A stretch of 58,879 bases of DNA, counting the filler, from Dugesia japonica (taxonomy: Eukaryota): the NCBI GenBank assembly GCA_001938525.1. It is 6 parts of 6 records of this genome, joined end to end, with 100 filler letters (N's around TTAATTAATTAA, not from the genome) between each part and the next. Parts side by side here need not be neighbours in the genome. Positions count along the whole stretch, not along the records: positions 19,470 to 28,552 come from MQRL01646512.1; positions 28,653 to 38,553 come from MQRL01637146.1; 4 more parts are not named here. One strand, 5' to 3'. Below, piece after piece: positions 24,081 to 38,497 of this stretch; within the stretch, counting starts at the first letter, position 1; each line of letters starts with the position of its first letter. The position numbers were made by a program, and so were the translations under genes. Below the pieces are notes generated by a model, which made no database searches, had not been told where the DNA came from, and worked only from the letters and a program-made list of their open reading frames with translations.

Positions 24081-27000
24081 TTGAATATATTATAAAAAAT
24101 ATTTTTCTGAAATCAATAAAATAAATTTTATTATTATAAAACATAGTATTCATTAAAACACTGATAAAATTGACAATATTTCATCGAAAAATTTAATTAA
24201 TGAAAGCTAAAATTTCAATTCTTAATAATTATTATATCGTCAAAATTTTCAGCAGATTAAATAACCAAAAAAAAATACTAATTTTCAATTTAAAAATATT
24301 TATTTTATTTTTATTCTATGTTGTAAATAATAAAATTCATCAATTTGAAAAATTTAATTTTATTTTGGCTTATGAAAATAAGAAGATTAAAATATTATAT
24401 TATTAAAAATGTTGTCTTCATGCCAGACAATGTAATATTTGAGAGCAAGTTGACAGAAACTTATAGAAAATCGTTGCATCTATTATGAGATTTTCTATTA
24501 TTTAAATATTTCAATAAGAAAAACTAGAAATACCTATTTCTAAATGTTTATAATAATGTTATTAAATATTAATTTTCCAGTATTTATAGGTCTCCAACTT
24601 ATGTCTCTGGTATTCCATCACAATAAATATTAGTAAACATTAAGTAAAATTTGTTTTTTTATAATTCAAAAACATTAAATTATTTTGATTTTAAAAAATA
24701 ATATATTAAATAAAAAGAATTGTCAGTTTGTTCAGAAAATGGATGAATTTCCAGATATTTAATATAATTTGTCAAATAATTTTGAAGTAACATTGTGTAG
24801 AAAATTAGAGGGACATTTTAAGATCACAAAATAAATTTTAATTAAAAATTTAATTACAACAATTAATTTAATTTATTAATATTAAAGAATCAAATCAAAA
24901 AATTCTTTCTTATGTTTATTAAAATAANNNNNNNNNNNNNNNNNNNNNNNNNNNNNNNNNAGCTGTTTATCTTTTAAATAAAATAAAACTGATAAATGAC
25001 TTTCTGATAATTCAAAAGGATAAAAGATCTTTGCTACAAAATTCTTAATCTTTTATCGAAATTTTATTGGTTTATTTAGTAAGGTTTTTATTTTTAAATC
25101 TCAAAAAATCTTTTTTTTATTATTTTGTATTAAATAAAAACATTTTATTAAATAAAACATACATTTTATTTTAATCGACGTTTCTTCTTTATTTTAATAA
25201 AATACTTTTTTATTATTAAAAATTCGTTATTAAATTATTAAATTCTTTTTTTCTAAAAAAATTAAATTCAAANATTTTTCCAATCAATTATTTTTTTATT
25301 TCAAATGAAAAATCAATAAAGACGGTTTACATATTTTTTATTTCAAATATTATGTTTTAAACAAATCATTTATTTATAATATGAAAAATAAAACTGGTTA
25401 AAGTTTAAATTGGAAAATGTTTTTGTTTTCTTGTTTAAATTTTTTTATTAAGCTAATTTACAGATATTTTTTTAAAGTTTTTAATTAAATGATATTAGAA
25501 ACATATAAATTTAAAATAGTTTGTGGATTATTTATTTCTAGAAAACTGAAGTTCTGATAAAATATAAAACTTCCATTTTATTGGTTTTTGACGCGAAAAT
25601 TAAATTAAAATTTAATACTTTTACTCTAGCATTTCAAATAAAAAGAATTTCAAAATCTACAAAAAATACATTAAATTATTCAAGTTATAAAAATCAAAGT
25701 TTCTTTGTTTTTGAAAATTTCTCCAGAATATTTAACATTTTAACTTCAAAAAAATATTTATTATTCATCCGCATTTAAATAGAATAAATACTATCTCAAA
25801 CCTTTTGACTGCAGTCAAATAAACGTTTATCTAATTAATTGTTGCACTAATTTTTAATTTTTTTATCTAAACTTCTAATATATATATATATATATAATTT
25901 TTTGCCATCTTTTAATAATAATTTAAAATGGATGGTGTGATAGCCTCAGTACAAGTTTTTGGGGATAGTCAATTAAATTAAAAGATCGTCACTAAATTGA
26001 TGCTAGTCTTTTTGGCCGATTCTCAGAATGTTTGATGGCTATCCTCTTAGCATTTCAATGGTCCTCATCGACTTTGTTCGGTAAACTAGAGTGGTCAATA
26101 TCTCAAAATTTGAATCTCACAGAAAGACTTTGAAATTTAATAAAAAAACCTTTATAATACTCCAAAGCAANGCATCTTTTGCGTACTCCACAAAAATATC
26201 TTGAACCGCTTTTGCAACTTTTAGACATCAATTTAAAACGAATAAAAGTAGATGTTTAAATTTTTGTTTTTTTCTCTACTTGGCATTGCATTTCTAAAAG
26301 CTCTAAGGTTTAATAAAATTTACTTACATAATAAAAAAATTAACAAGATAAATAAATGTTGAACATATTACAATTAAAAATAAAATCACGAAGATTATAT
26401 TACAACCCAATATATATTCTGCACACACCCACCCACACCCACACATCAAACACCATAGCTATTTCTTTGCAAAATAATTGAGATAGAAAACTAGGTGAGT
26501 ATGTAATATAAAGTTTGTGCTTCCAATCAAGACTTCAATAATGTTAAATATTATCCAAATTTTGATTTTAATTAAATCTATTTAAATGTTTAGAAAACTT
26601 TATTGAATAATTTTGCTTTTAAAACAAAAATATTAATTAATCATCTTAATGTAACAGGTTAAAAAAGTTTTTAAATAATGTCAAAATTAAGAGAATATTT
26701 GATGCAAGTTATAAATTATTCATATGACCTCACAAGTAACCGAGAATTTTAATTAAAATAATTACTTTGCTAATGAATCGAAAAAAAAGTAATCAAATTC
26801 ATTTATTTCTATGCCGATAGAATGATAAAGAAATTTTACTTGAAAAATCACTGATTAATGGTGACACTTTTAAAAATAAAAACATAATATAGATTTAATC
26901 TTGACAATTCCATCAACGAAAAAACAACTCATTTCTTCAATTTATCCACATTGAGCTTGTCATTTCTATCAAGTATCGGCAATTGAAAAATAAACGAAAA

Positions 27001-27189
27001 TTGTAAGCTTGTAATGGTAGAAACAATGGAATTGATTAAATTACAAATATATTTCTATTTCCTGTTTTGCATATCATTATGTCAATTGGAAACCAAAAAA
27101 TAAATGCATTAGAATATTACAAATGAATATTGTGAAAATTGCATGATATAAAGTCGTAACAAAGTTTGAAAATCTAAATAAAAATATAC

Positions 27190-27503
27190 CTGCATACTGT
27201 CAGCACAATGAGTGGTATTCATGGCTACATGTGCTACCATGCATGTCCTGCAAGATAAACTACTCATGGCTTCTCTAAGTAGCTGAGACAGTTTACTAGT
27301 TCTATAAGGAATATGTCTCTGTCCATTAACTAGAGCTAACAAAACCGCAGCTGTCGCCGATAATGATAATGCAGTAGAATTCGATGGAAAATCTGATTTG
27401 GCAGAGTCAGTGGGAGTAATTTCTTTATTACTCAGGTCTGGTTGTGATAGAATTTTTCCAGATCCAAAATCTAACATATGTAAGCGACTTCGTCCACCAG
27501 CAA
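27190..27503 (-). CDS. KIF26: Internal exon of a kinesin-11 (KIF26/VAB-8-like) motor domain
   Basis: VAGGRSRLHMLDFGSG...LSLSATAAVLLALVNGQRHIPYRTSKLSQLLREAMSSLSCRTCMVAHV; flanked by TTTTCAG and GTATAT on the minus strand. Confidence 0.92.
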
Positions 27504-28552
27504 CTGAAAAATACATCAATAAATACAANNNNNNNNNNNNNNNNNNNNNNNNNNNNNNNNNNNNNNNNNNNNNNNNNNAATGTACGGTTTTTTAAAATTG
27601 ATTTTTAAAAATAATTAAAATTTTAGTGATTATTTTATTAATCTAAAGATATAAATATTATTATTATTATTATTAATAATACTAATAATAAAATTCTTGT
27701 CAAGTAATAAATAAAATTTGTGCTTGATTAATATGTAAAATACTTTAAAAAGAAAAATAATTAATTAATAAAATTAAAATAATCAAATTAATAATATAAT
27801 TAGTAAAACATTAAAAATAATAATAATTGAGGACGATTATTTTTCAATTACGTCATTGATGTTTAATTCATGTAAATATTCTTTCTTTAACATATTTATG
27901 AAAATAATTGAATAAATTTTATTACGATAATAAACATAAATTGAGTTATAAATTTTAAAGTTAATTACTTATGATTCTTTTTTCAAAAAAATCTAGTTTT
28001 GTTTGATATTTCTGATTTTAAAAATGAACTTCAAAGGTTTAATTTACAATTACTACTTGCGGAAATTTGAAAATTTCAGAGTGAATAAAATCAATCATTT
28101 NNNNNNNNNNNNNNNNNNNNNNNNNNNNNNNNNNNNNNNNNNNNNNNNNNNNNNNNNNNNNNNNNNNNNNNNNNNNNNNNNNNNNNNNNNNNNNNNNNNN
28201 NNNNNNNNNNNNNNNNNNNNNNNNNNNNNNNNNNNNNNNNNNNNNNNNTTCGATTAATTCTCTTCGAATAATTCATTCGATGATTCATAATTAATGTCTA
28301 CAGAGATTTGATTATTGTAATACTTGCAAAGTTTATTTGTATGATTTTATTATTTGCAGATGATTATTATTGTCATACTTTTGTTCAACTAAATAATATT
28401 ATAATTAATAATATCAATAATTAATAATTTGAAATTAAATCTAATTGAAAGATTAATTTTTGTTGATTATTCGATAATTACCTGATAATAATAACAATAA
28501 TAAATAATTCTTATGAAAACAAATAATAATAACTTAATAATAATAATAATAA

Positions 28553-28652
28553 NNNNNNNNNNNNNNNNNNNNNNNNNNNNNNNNNNNNNNNNNNNNTTAA
28601 TTAATTAANNNNNNNNNNNNNNNNNNNNNNNNNNNNNNNNNNNNNNNNNNNN
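28553..28652. other. Artificial 100-bp scaffold-joining spacer
   Basis: 44 N + TTAATTAATTAA + 44 N. Confidence 0.97.
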
Positions 28653-29869
28653 ATTTACAAAACACATTTAAATAAAGTATTCATAAAAAATCCGCACTGA
28701 CTTAGTTGCCAACTTAATATTATTTGACATTTATTTATTGTAAAGATAAGAAAATAAATAATTATATTTATACGGAGGAAAAATGTTTATTGGAATTTTC
28801 ATTAATTATTTGAAATTTAAATTAATTAAAATTATTTTAACTAGGAAAAATATTCGTAGAAGTGTTCTTATTGAAAATCTTTTCTATTCTGACGATTTTT
28901 TCAATTTTTATTTGTCTTTTAAGAATTATACATTTATAATATATTTTGATTGATTTGATCAGACACAATTTTTTCCCTAAAATTTAGATTTACGCATTGC
29001 TTTTATCAGAATATTTATATGCTCTCCAATATATGAAAATTTTGTGCACCAGTCATAGAAATTATTAAAAATATATTATTAAAGAAATACTGATTAATTT
29101 TGCTGAAGTGGTTTGGGGAAACAGAAGAAATATGATAAGATCAGAGATCAATAATAATCTAACAGGCTTTTGACTACTTCAAATCAATATAAGATGAAAA
29201 ATCAAAATTTGACTCTTATGAAACATTTAAATTTTGCTACCATTTTTTTNNNNNNNNNNNNNNNNNNNNNNNNNNNNNNNNGCTTTAATCGAAGGTGGAA
29301 GTAGAGGATTGGCACATGTAATTATTTGTGATATTAAATATATCTTTATTATAATTTTGATGACAAAAACTAATAATTAATTGACTAAATAAATTATAGA
29401 TATAAATGGAAATAAATTTGCAAATAAATATGAAAATCTTAAAATAGCTCAAGGCAGTAAATCCGTATTTTTATTTTTATCTAGTAGAGGACAATTAATC
29501 TAATCATAGTGTCGGAAAAGATAAGTGAATACCTAGGAAATACAAGTAACTTCAAGTTTAATAAAAACTCGTTCAAGTAAATATTTGACAGAATTGTTTC
29601 AGCGGTTTTTTAAAGGTAAATGTACGCATTTAGAATTTTTTAATTATGTTAATTCTTAAAATAATTATTGTAAACAATATATTTTTTAGATTTTTCCATA
29701 AATACTTTTAAAAATATTTTAGAATTTTAAATTTCTAAAAGCGGTAAAATCTTGTATAAATAATTAATTAAATAATTATTAAGTTGTAAAGAAATAAATG
29801 ACGGTTTTTAATCTTTGATTTTAAATGAACAGCTTAAACAAAATTTTATTAATCAAAATAAAAACCAAT

Positions 29870-30560
29870 ACTATGTACACATTTCTCCCAATAAGTTACA
29901 AGTTTCTTTATTCCAATAGAATAGAAATCTGGAATTTTGGAAGCAAGAAAACATTCGAAAACAAGTTAAGTGCAAAAGGTAGTTCTCCTTTTTACTTTCC
30001 TTCACATTCAACCCTTACAAAACATACATAAGTCCGTTGATTCCTCAAATTGTATTAAATAAAGTTTTGAATTTTGTACCAACAACTGGATTTTCAATAT
30101 CTGTAGTCATATCTTCAATTCTGCGCATGATAGTGTTAGCAGCTATAGGAATTGGTTTCAGTCTCTGAGGAACCTGTTTTCCCAAAACCTCATCACAGGC
30201 GTGTAACATGCAAGGCCTTATTAAACCTTCTCTTATTATATATAGCTTTTTATTTTGTGCGATCTAAAGTGCTATTAAAAAAATGCCTTTAATAAGGGCT
30301 TATATTCATAAGTCATTTTTGTTAAAGCATTCATTTGTTTTTGCATATTTTTACGCAATCTTTAAAAATATTCAAGTGATTTCTTAGCTGCATCCTGATG
30401 TTTTTCTTTCAAATATCTTCTGAGTTTTGATGGTTTCATGACATCATTTGACAAACTCTCAAAACCTACAACGCAAAGTGGGCGTGGACCCATTTCATTA
30501 CCAGGTTCTTAATAAATATAAATTCCAAGTATCTTAAATCGTATTTTCCTGATACTTTTG
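29870..30560 (-). mobile_element. hAT Buster/Charlie-type (ZBED5-like) transposase remnant
   Basis: PRPLCVVGFESLSNDVMKPSKLRRYLKEKH, EGLIRPCMLHACDEVLG, LKPIPIAANTIMRRIEDMTTDIE, IQFEESTD. Confidence 0.88.
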
Positions 30561-33467
30561 TTGGGCTGAAACAGCTCCGTTAAAATAATAATTGTGTGTA
30601 AACTAAGGAAATGAGAGAGAAAGAACTCTGAGTGCGTTGGTAGATGATTAAAATCAGAAACTAAAAGGATATAAAAGAAATAAATACTAATAAATCATTT
30701 CCGAATTAATCGATAAACAATAAAAAGAAATATTAATAAATGAACGTACAAATTGAAACTGAAATTAGAAACGAGAAGTGATANNNNNNNNNNNNNNNNN
30801 NNNNNNNCTCATTCAAAAAATAAAGTTGTAATTAGAACAACGATGCTCTAAGAAATACTTATTAAAAACAATAAATAATTAAATAAAATAATCGTAAGAA
30901 ATGTTAATGCGGTAATAATAAGAAAAGACAGAAATGACTAAAGTTGGAAGAATTAAATAAATAAAAGATGAACAAATTGCCAAATTACAATAACAATTGA
31001 AGAGTAAATTAAATTAGAGGCGAATAAACTGCTAAAATAAAATGTCAAAGAAAAGTGAATAAATAACAATGCTCAAGAAAATAATAATAATCGAATTAAA
31101 GCTCAGAAACCGCAACAATAAAAGTTAGAAATAAAAATGATCTAATTCCGTAATAAGTGATCGACTTGAAGATCGAAAGAAATGTTGAAGATATATTATT
31201 ATTTACAATTTATATGATTGTTATATAAGTAGAATTATAAAGAAATAATTATTATAATATAAAGATTATCATAGAAAGTAGAATTAAAACAAAATAATCG
31301 TTATCAAAGGAGTTATTAAATTAAACGAAAAATTTAGAAAAGAGATCGGTAATAAATTAGTATTATCATTATATTATAATATAAATAGAAAATATATTAT
31401 TCGTAAAATAATGTACTAAATATTTAAAATGTAAAAGATATTATTATCTTGTAATTATTAATTTTATTATTATTAGTTAAATATTATTATTTGTAAAGAA
31501 AAATAGGAATTTCGGGAAGAAAGTTTTATATAGTGAAAAGGAATAGAAATTAAATTAGAATTAAATATTTGTAGCAAATAATTTATATTTATTTATGGAA
31601 ATATCGGTAATTAAATCTGTAAAACAGAGTTTTCAGAATTATTATTTTAAGTGATAAATATTATTAAAATTATTATTATTCAAAAAATATTATGAAATTT
31701 GATGAAAGAAATAGAGTTTGGTAATAAAAATTATATGATAAGAAAGAGGAATCAATTTTATGTAAAAATTAATTAAGGATATTTGATTATTTGTATTTGT
31801 TCATGTAGTTATTTGGATTTATAAATCGATAACAAGTTTTCTAAAATTATTATTTTAGTCAAAAATATTATTTTTGATTCCTGCAGTACACGTTTCAACA
31901 AGAAACGATAGAATTAGTTTATTGGCATTTAAATTAGATTTTCTATGTGTCGGGAATTATATGAGAATTATATGAAAATGAGAATTATATGTATCAGGTG
32001 AGCACCGCACATTACAATGACATTTGCAGTTATATTTGTCAGGTGAGCACCCCACTGTGATACAGAGTATGATTCTGATAGAAATCTATGATGCAGAGTA
32101 AGCACCGGTATTGATATACAGATTAAGATTATTGTATATAGAAGGTGAGCAGTTAAATGAAAATAAAATAATGACAAAATATAGCACCGCACGATTCTGC
32201 AAATATTTGAAGTGGACACCCACAAACTTGTCAGTCTGTGATGATAGAAAAATTACTATAAAAGAGAATGCAAAATTCAGACAATAATCTCATTTTTTTA
32301 TAATCTTATATATCATCACATTTATCTCTTAAACAGTACGCTTATTTACTTATTGTAAGTAATAAATCGTAAATGTTTTAAAATTGTCAAAAGGAATCGT
32401 GAAAAAGTAATTTTTCTATTATTATTGATAAAATATATGAACGGAAGACTGGGATGATGTTTATCGTTGACGAGCGACACTTGCAACAATGAGCATCAGG
32501 GCTCAGAGATCCGTATAATGTGAGATTATCCACCAACATAGAAATCTGATGATAAGAGATATACGAATATGATAGTTAAATATAATGATAAGAGATATGG
32601 AGATGCGAAATAAATGAAATGTCAAATATTCATATGAGATGAAAGTCACCATGAGAAATGTAATAAGGAGAAATAATGAATTATGAGAGACAGATGATTG
32701 CGAAATAAGTAATAACTGATTATGAGAGGTGCTTTGATAGAAAGTTGTATGATTTCGAGTAGATAATATATATGCGAGAGGAAAATAAAAGAGCTATGAT
32801 GAGTTGTTGAATGAAAAAGACGATGGTAGTTAGAGAAATAAAGAGCAATCATGAATAATTGTTGATAGTATTATAGTTAACATAGTTAATGTATATACAT
32901 ATGAAAGAGATGTGTAAGAGGTAGTGTGAGATGATGTATGGACGATAGTGTTGATGGTTGAATCCTTTCGAGATAATTTGGTTTTCCCTAATGATTTATT
33001 TGTGTATACAGTTTTGACAAGATTGTAAATGTGGTGCAGATATTAATTTATTTTAAAATTATGAATGCCTTTTATTTCGTTTATGTATCTTTAAATTATT
33101 AATTAACATATAACAAAATTCTTAGGTGTTTTACCTTTAGAACTCTAAAAGTTAATGCCAATCGCAGTAGGACAATCTGTCAGTTGGTGGTATATGGATC
33201 GTCAAATGAATTAAAAAATTGTTTGAACAATTGGGTAGAAAGTTTGATCCCATCGAAATGATCATTGTGATGATTTGCTATTAAGTATAGGAAAAATTGA
33301 AGAACAATGAGACGGTCAAAGATGAAAGCAAATGAAAAGATGATCCACTTCCATCCATGCCTGTTCTATAAAAAAGATATCTTCGTAAATATTATTTGAT
33401 AATAGTTTATATTGAAATTTTGTTATATTCTTAACTAACATGTAGTATTAGTTGTATTTTCATCTAG

Positions 33468-34366
33468 GTGACTAAACAAATTACCAAACTAGAAGCGATG
33501 CAATCCTTAGAACCAGCTGGTTGTACATTTAAGACAAATTTATGCAATGGCATGCCACGACTTTGGGATTCAGTGAGCACCGAAGGAACACATAGCGATT
33601 CTTGGGGGATCACTCAAGATCAACTACGGATAAAAAACCAAGAGATAAGAGAAATGCGCGAGGAGATAATCAGGCAGCTCCAGCAATTCTCTGAACAAAT
33701 CCAACGGATAAATAAACTGCAAATCCGAAGCAAAGTAGAAGCGGTGCTACAACAGGTGTTTGTGCCATTGGACGAAACAAACATTGTAGAAACTGCGGTG
33801 TGATAAATTCTTGTGTTAAAACCAATAAAGTTTTCTACTTCTAAGTTATTTTAATTCTTTAATGTGTCAAATTCTAATGTAATATTCATGCACATTTTTA
33901 TAATCAATTGCAACTGATAGTACTACAATAATAATTAAAAACATGGCTCTATGCTAAAGTAAACTAAAATGAATAATTGAGTTGTCAATATTAAACATAA
34001 AGATCTTTTATTATACATCATAATGAAATGAATTACATTTTACGTTAATAAAATGTTTACTCTAATTAATTGCAGTGTCTGGTGCAAAACAACTAACTGA
34101 TACCTCGACATCTTACTGACGGCGGATCTTCGAGCAAAATGGTGTTCTATGCAAAAGAAATTAAAGAATGAAATTATGGAGCTCCAACATAAGAACGCTC
34201 AACTTCGGAACAAAGTAAATACACTTAAAGAATGAGATCTTGCGTTGTCCAAAGCTTGTCGCGCCATGGCGGATATCAACAAGGCGTACGCGGACAGGGA
34301 AAGCGTGTTGATTCCGACTGTACGGACATTAATAAAGGCAGTAAAACCAACGTCAAAAGTAGTCTG
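33468..34366 (+). pseudogene. Two GC-richer coiled-coil coding-like blocks of unknown family, probably decayed or transposon-borne
   Basis: 111-aa open block after a TTTCATCTAG acceptor; second block ...MQKKLKNEIMELQHKNAQLRNKVNTLKE*DLALSKACRAMADINK... with an internal stop. Confidence 0.35.
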
Positions 34367-35349
34367 AGGAAAGCCAAAGTAAATTATCGAATTGGATGAG
34401 TAACAGACATTGGAAGAGTGATAACCATTGATTCGTATAAAATTTTGTACAGAATGTATTTTGAATTTTTGATTATAACATAAGCTAATATCGATTAATA
34501 ATGTTTTATTTTAAAAAGAGCCAGATCAAAATGAAATTGAAACCTAAGACGGGATATAGCATAGTCCCGCTGAATCCGGGAATGGGAGATCGTGTTGCCA
34601 GAGAGTGCAAAGCAAATTTCTGTGGTTACTTGGTATCATCCCCCAGACAGAAACGATACTTAAGAAAAGAAAGAATGGTGATCGAAAGATGAATATTAAA
34701 GACCAGTAGAAACAATATTAGAACAATATCAAAAAGCCTAGTAACCCAACACTTTATGAGTTTTATTTTTTCTATTTCCAGTTTTATTATTCTTCTTAAT
34801 AATGCCGTTGATCAGCTCTGAGTTACAAAAAATACACATTTCTATTGCTACCGTTGTCATTTATTACAATACCTTTTGGATTACTAAAGAAATGCAAAAT
34901 ATTGCTTTGGTTTTTTTTTCACTCATTTGGGGTGAAATAATTGTAGAATATAAAATATAATAAATACCTTGTAAATTCAATACTAAATAATTTTAATGTA
35001 AATTTTATTATTAATTAACAATAAAAAATATATAAAACATTTTTAAATATTACAATTTTTTGACATTCGATCAAATAGCAATACAAATTAAAATCTAGGG
35101 TTTACAATAGTTAGTTACGTATATATTAATTTCCTTAAAATTTAATAAAACATTTTATATTTATCATGAAAAAATGGATATAATCTCATATTTTATTTAA
35201 TAAAATATGTAAATATTTCTATTTATTATATGGTCCAATTTGTAAATTTATTTAACAGCTGAAGTTTATTTAAAGTTAAAACCTTACACATGAAAACTTA
35301 AACAGACGAAATAAAATATAAAATGATTTATATGATAATATTTGTTGGT

Positions 35350-35960
35350 AATTAATAAATAATTCTTTATTTGTTACTAATTTCAACTACCCAAAATTCT
35401 GGAACATTTACAGAATTATCCAATGAAAAGTACGGCGAAGCGCCAACAGCTTATGATAAATATTTAACATAGCTTTTTCCGAGAATATAACGATATTTTT
35501 TAAAAATTTCAACTAGGTCAAAATGATTTAAATATAACATTTTTTATAAATATTTTCCAGGAGCACTAGTTGACGACCACTAATCTAGTAAATTTGAATT
35601 TTCCATATCCTGTGATGATATGGACAATATGTTTTTTCTTTATCCTTCTCTGAAATAGGTACCTGATAATAACCACTGAAAAGATACAATGGTGAAAAAT
35701 GCTGATCCACTAACTCTATCGGAAATCTGTTCTGATGATAGTATTGGCAATATTGGTCAGGCTATATTTGCGTAAAATGCCCTGTAGTAAACCTCTATTC
35801 ATTTTCTTTACTCCCGCAACCGAAAGATTTCAATGTTTGACGTATAACATCTTCCAACATCTCATTTATGATTTTATCCACAGCTTGTTCCAAGCCTCCG
35901 GGAAATCTTTTGGGTTTATATGCTATTGTTGTATTATTTTCTGAATGAATCTGGTGTACG
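35350..35960 (-). mobile_element. Ty3/gypsy reverse transcriptase remnant
   Basis: NEMLED.., FSPLYLFSGYYQVPISEKDKEKT / ITGYGKFKFTRL across frameshifts. Confidence 0.85.
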
Positions 35961-36498
35961 ATTAAATTGGTTTATGCATTGTAAATTTTCTTATTATTTT
36001 TTATATTTAAAATAATTTTACAGAAATTTTATTTTAAATTTAGAATTTAGATCTTGCTACATTGGTTTAAATTTTAACCTAGAAACATANTGGAAATTTT
36101 AAGTATAATTTTAAAATGCTATAATAATTTATACAATATAAAATTTAAAAATTTCACATAGTACAAACTAATTCTTACAATAAGAAATCACTGAGAATTA
36201 CAACATCTGTCAAGTATTTTTAAAGCAATTAATAATTTCACATTTTAGTTCATTCATCACAACATTTTCAAAGTACATTTACTAGAAGAAACTCAAAACA
36301 AATCTAAATGTATTAAATATAAATTTTAAAAATAATAATGATATCATCAAATTTAATTAAACAAAATCAGAAACAGAATCAATAGTTGGATTTTATTGCT
36401 GACCTATAAGCTCAGCTTGATTTCATTTAATCGGGAGAAAATATCAATTTAATTAAGTAATCTGATTTTTCCTGTTTTGGTGCATAAATTCACTGGGA

Positions 36499-36504
36499 TA
36501 TAAA
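36499..36504 (+). promoter_or_regulatory. Candidate TATA box of the DM9 gene
   Basis: GGGA-TATAAA-TA ~75 bp upstream of the ATG; AATAAA at 37157 downstream of the stop. Confidence 0.4.
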
Positions 36505-36575
36505 TATGCTAGAATTTCAGATTAATTAGTTGAATGGGAAATTTGATTTAATTTTCTAAAATTACTATTTCAATA

Positions 36576-37089
36576 ATGTCTGCACCAATTAATACCGAAT
36601 CGAAACTTGGATGGAAATCAACAAAAGATGGCGATATTCCTCCGAATGCTGTTGAAGTCGGTGAAAATTGTTATGTAGCAAGAGCTATACATAAAGGTGA
36701 AATGATTCCCGGAAAAATTTATAAAGGCCATAGCACTTGTTATGTTTCCTATGGCGGTGAGGAAATAGGAGTCAAAGAATATGAAGTAAATTTAAAAACT
36801 TAAGTTATTTGAAATTAAATATTTTTATTAGGTTCTTGTTGAAATGGATAAAGATCAACTTCCAGGTGAATCTTACCAATGGATTCTTACCAATGAAAAA
36901 AACGTTCCCCAAGGTGCTTTAATAGCTGGTTCAACATCTGGTGATCCTTTATATGTAGCTAGGGCATTTATTGAAGGTGATATTTGCTCCGGAAAATATT
37001 ATCCTCCAGCACAGTGCGCATATTTTCCATATGATGGTAAAGAAGTACCAAAATGTGATTTCGAAGTTTTGTGTTGCAAACCAAAATGA
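36576..37089 (+). CDS. DM9-repeat protein (two DM9 repeats, lectin-like), 155 aa; exons 36576-36785 and 36832-37089
   Basis: W...GDIPPNAV..G...YVARA.H.GEMIPGK....CYVSYGGEE....YEVL occurs twice; 46-bp GT-AG intron joins KEYE|VLVE in frame. Confidence 0.93.
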
Positions 37090-37549
37090 AATTCAAAAGC
37101 CTTGTAGAACACTATTGATTATTATTATTATTATTAATTATATTAATTTTATCTTCAATAAATAAAAAATTTAGTTAAATTATTTAATGAATTCTAATAA
37201 TTTCATAATTGGTAAAAAAATATTTTTTTATTATAAAATTTATTTGCCAGTCAAAATACTATTTTCTCACTGTATTATCGAAATTGCTTATTTTTCTGAT
37301 TAATACACAAATAATAAGAAACAGTACTTATGGACTAGCCCCATAATCAGGCGCCACGTGTAAATTGATTGTTTAGCACGCTTTCAGTCATTGTCTAAAG
37401 TAAAATGTCACCGGATTTTGAGGTTCCAAATTCTGAGATTCTGAATTTTTTATTGGATATTTTAAATAATATAATATATTAGTAGTGGGTAAAAGACGAA
37501 TAGAACTCAGNNNNNNNNNNNNNNNNNNNNNNNNNNNNNNNNNNNNNNN

Positions 37550-37860
37550 TAAAAATGTAAATCGAAAAATGTAAAATGTAAAAATCTCCTGAGAAAAAAT
37601 GTCAAATGTAAAAATGTAAAATGTAAAATGTAAAAATGTAAAATGAAAAATGAAAAATGTCAAATGTAAAATGTAAAAATGTAAAACGAAAAATGTAAAA
37701 TGTAAAAATGTAAAACGAAAAATGNNNNNNNNNNNNNNNNNNNNNNNNNNNNNNNNNNNNNNNNNNNNNNNNNNNNNNNNNNNNNNNNNNNNAAATGTAA
37801 AAATGTAAAACCATAAATGTGAAACTATAAATGTCAAACCATAAATGTAAAAATGTAAAT
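37550..37860 (+). repeat. (AAAATGT/AAAAATGT)n minisatellite
   Basis: Direct inspection. Confidence 0.95.
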
Positions 37861-38020
37861 ATGTTATTTTTTTTGAATCTGTTTTGAGTGAAAAAATGCG
37901 CGAGACTTTTGAGAGGAATCATAAAAGAGGAAACACGAAAGAGGAAAAATCATAATGTAAAAATATAAAATCGATTACACTCTTTTTAGTGGGTGTATGA
38001 TTAAATTAATTTTATAGATA

Positions 38021-38497
38021 ATGAGTGCCATAATAAGATGTGAAAACTGTGGAAAGATCTTTAAAAATAAAGCGGGTTTATCAAGTCATGTAAAATCTCG
38101 AACTTGTTTCAGACAAGAAATAAGATTTCGATGTGAAAAATGTCATCGATCATTTAGAACAGAAAATGGTTTGCGAGAACATTTAAATTCAACAGTTTGT
38201 GGAAATCCAAATATTGTACCCTTAACATGTTTAATTTGTAATAAAACATTTAAATTACAAAATCATGCAAAAGCACATTTTAATTCTGACAAATACAAAG
38301 AAAATGTTAATAGAGTTTTATTTGGAGAATTACGTGGTGAAGAAGTAGTTGATTACAATCCAGAAATTAGAGATATTTTCAGACAATACAAAGATTATGA
38401 AATTGAATATTTTAAAGAAAGTAAAGGGGTTATGAAAAAAAATGTGGAAGAATTATTCGAAGAACCAATTAGAGATATTAACACATTTCAAAATTAA
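38021..38497 (+). CDS. Intronless triple zinc-finger ORF (two C2HC fingers plus one degenerate finger)
   Basis: CENC-x12-H-x5-C, CEKC-x12-H-x5-C, CLIC-x12-H-x5-Y; frame stays open after the TAA to the scaffold end. Confidence 0.7.
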   Translation: MSAIIRCENCGKIFKNKAGLSSHVKSRTCFRQEIRFRCEKCHRSFRTENGLREHLNSTVCGNPNIVPLTCLICNKTFKLQNHAKAHFNSDKYKENVNRVLFGELRGEEVVDYNPEIRDIFRQYKDYEIEYFKESKGVMKKNVEELFEEPIRDINTFQN

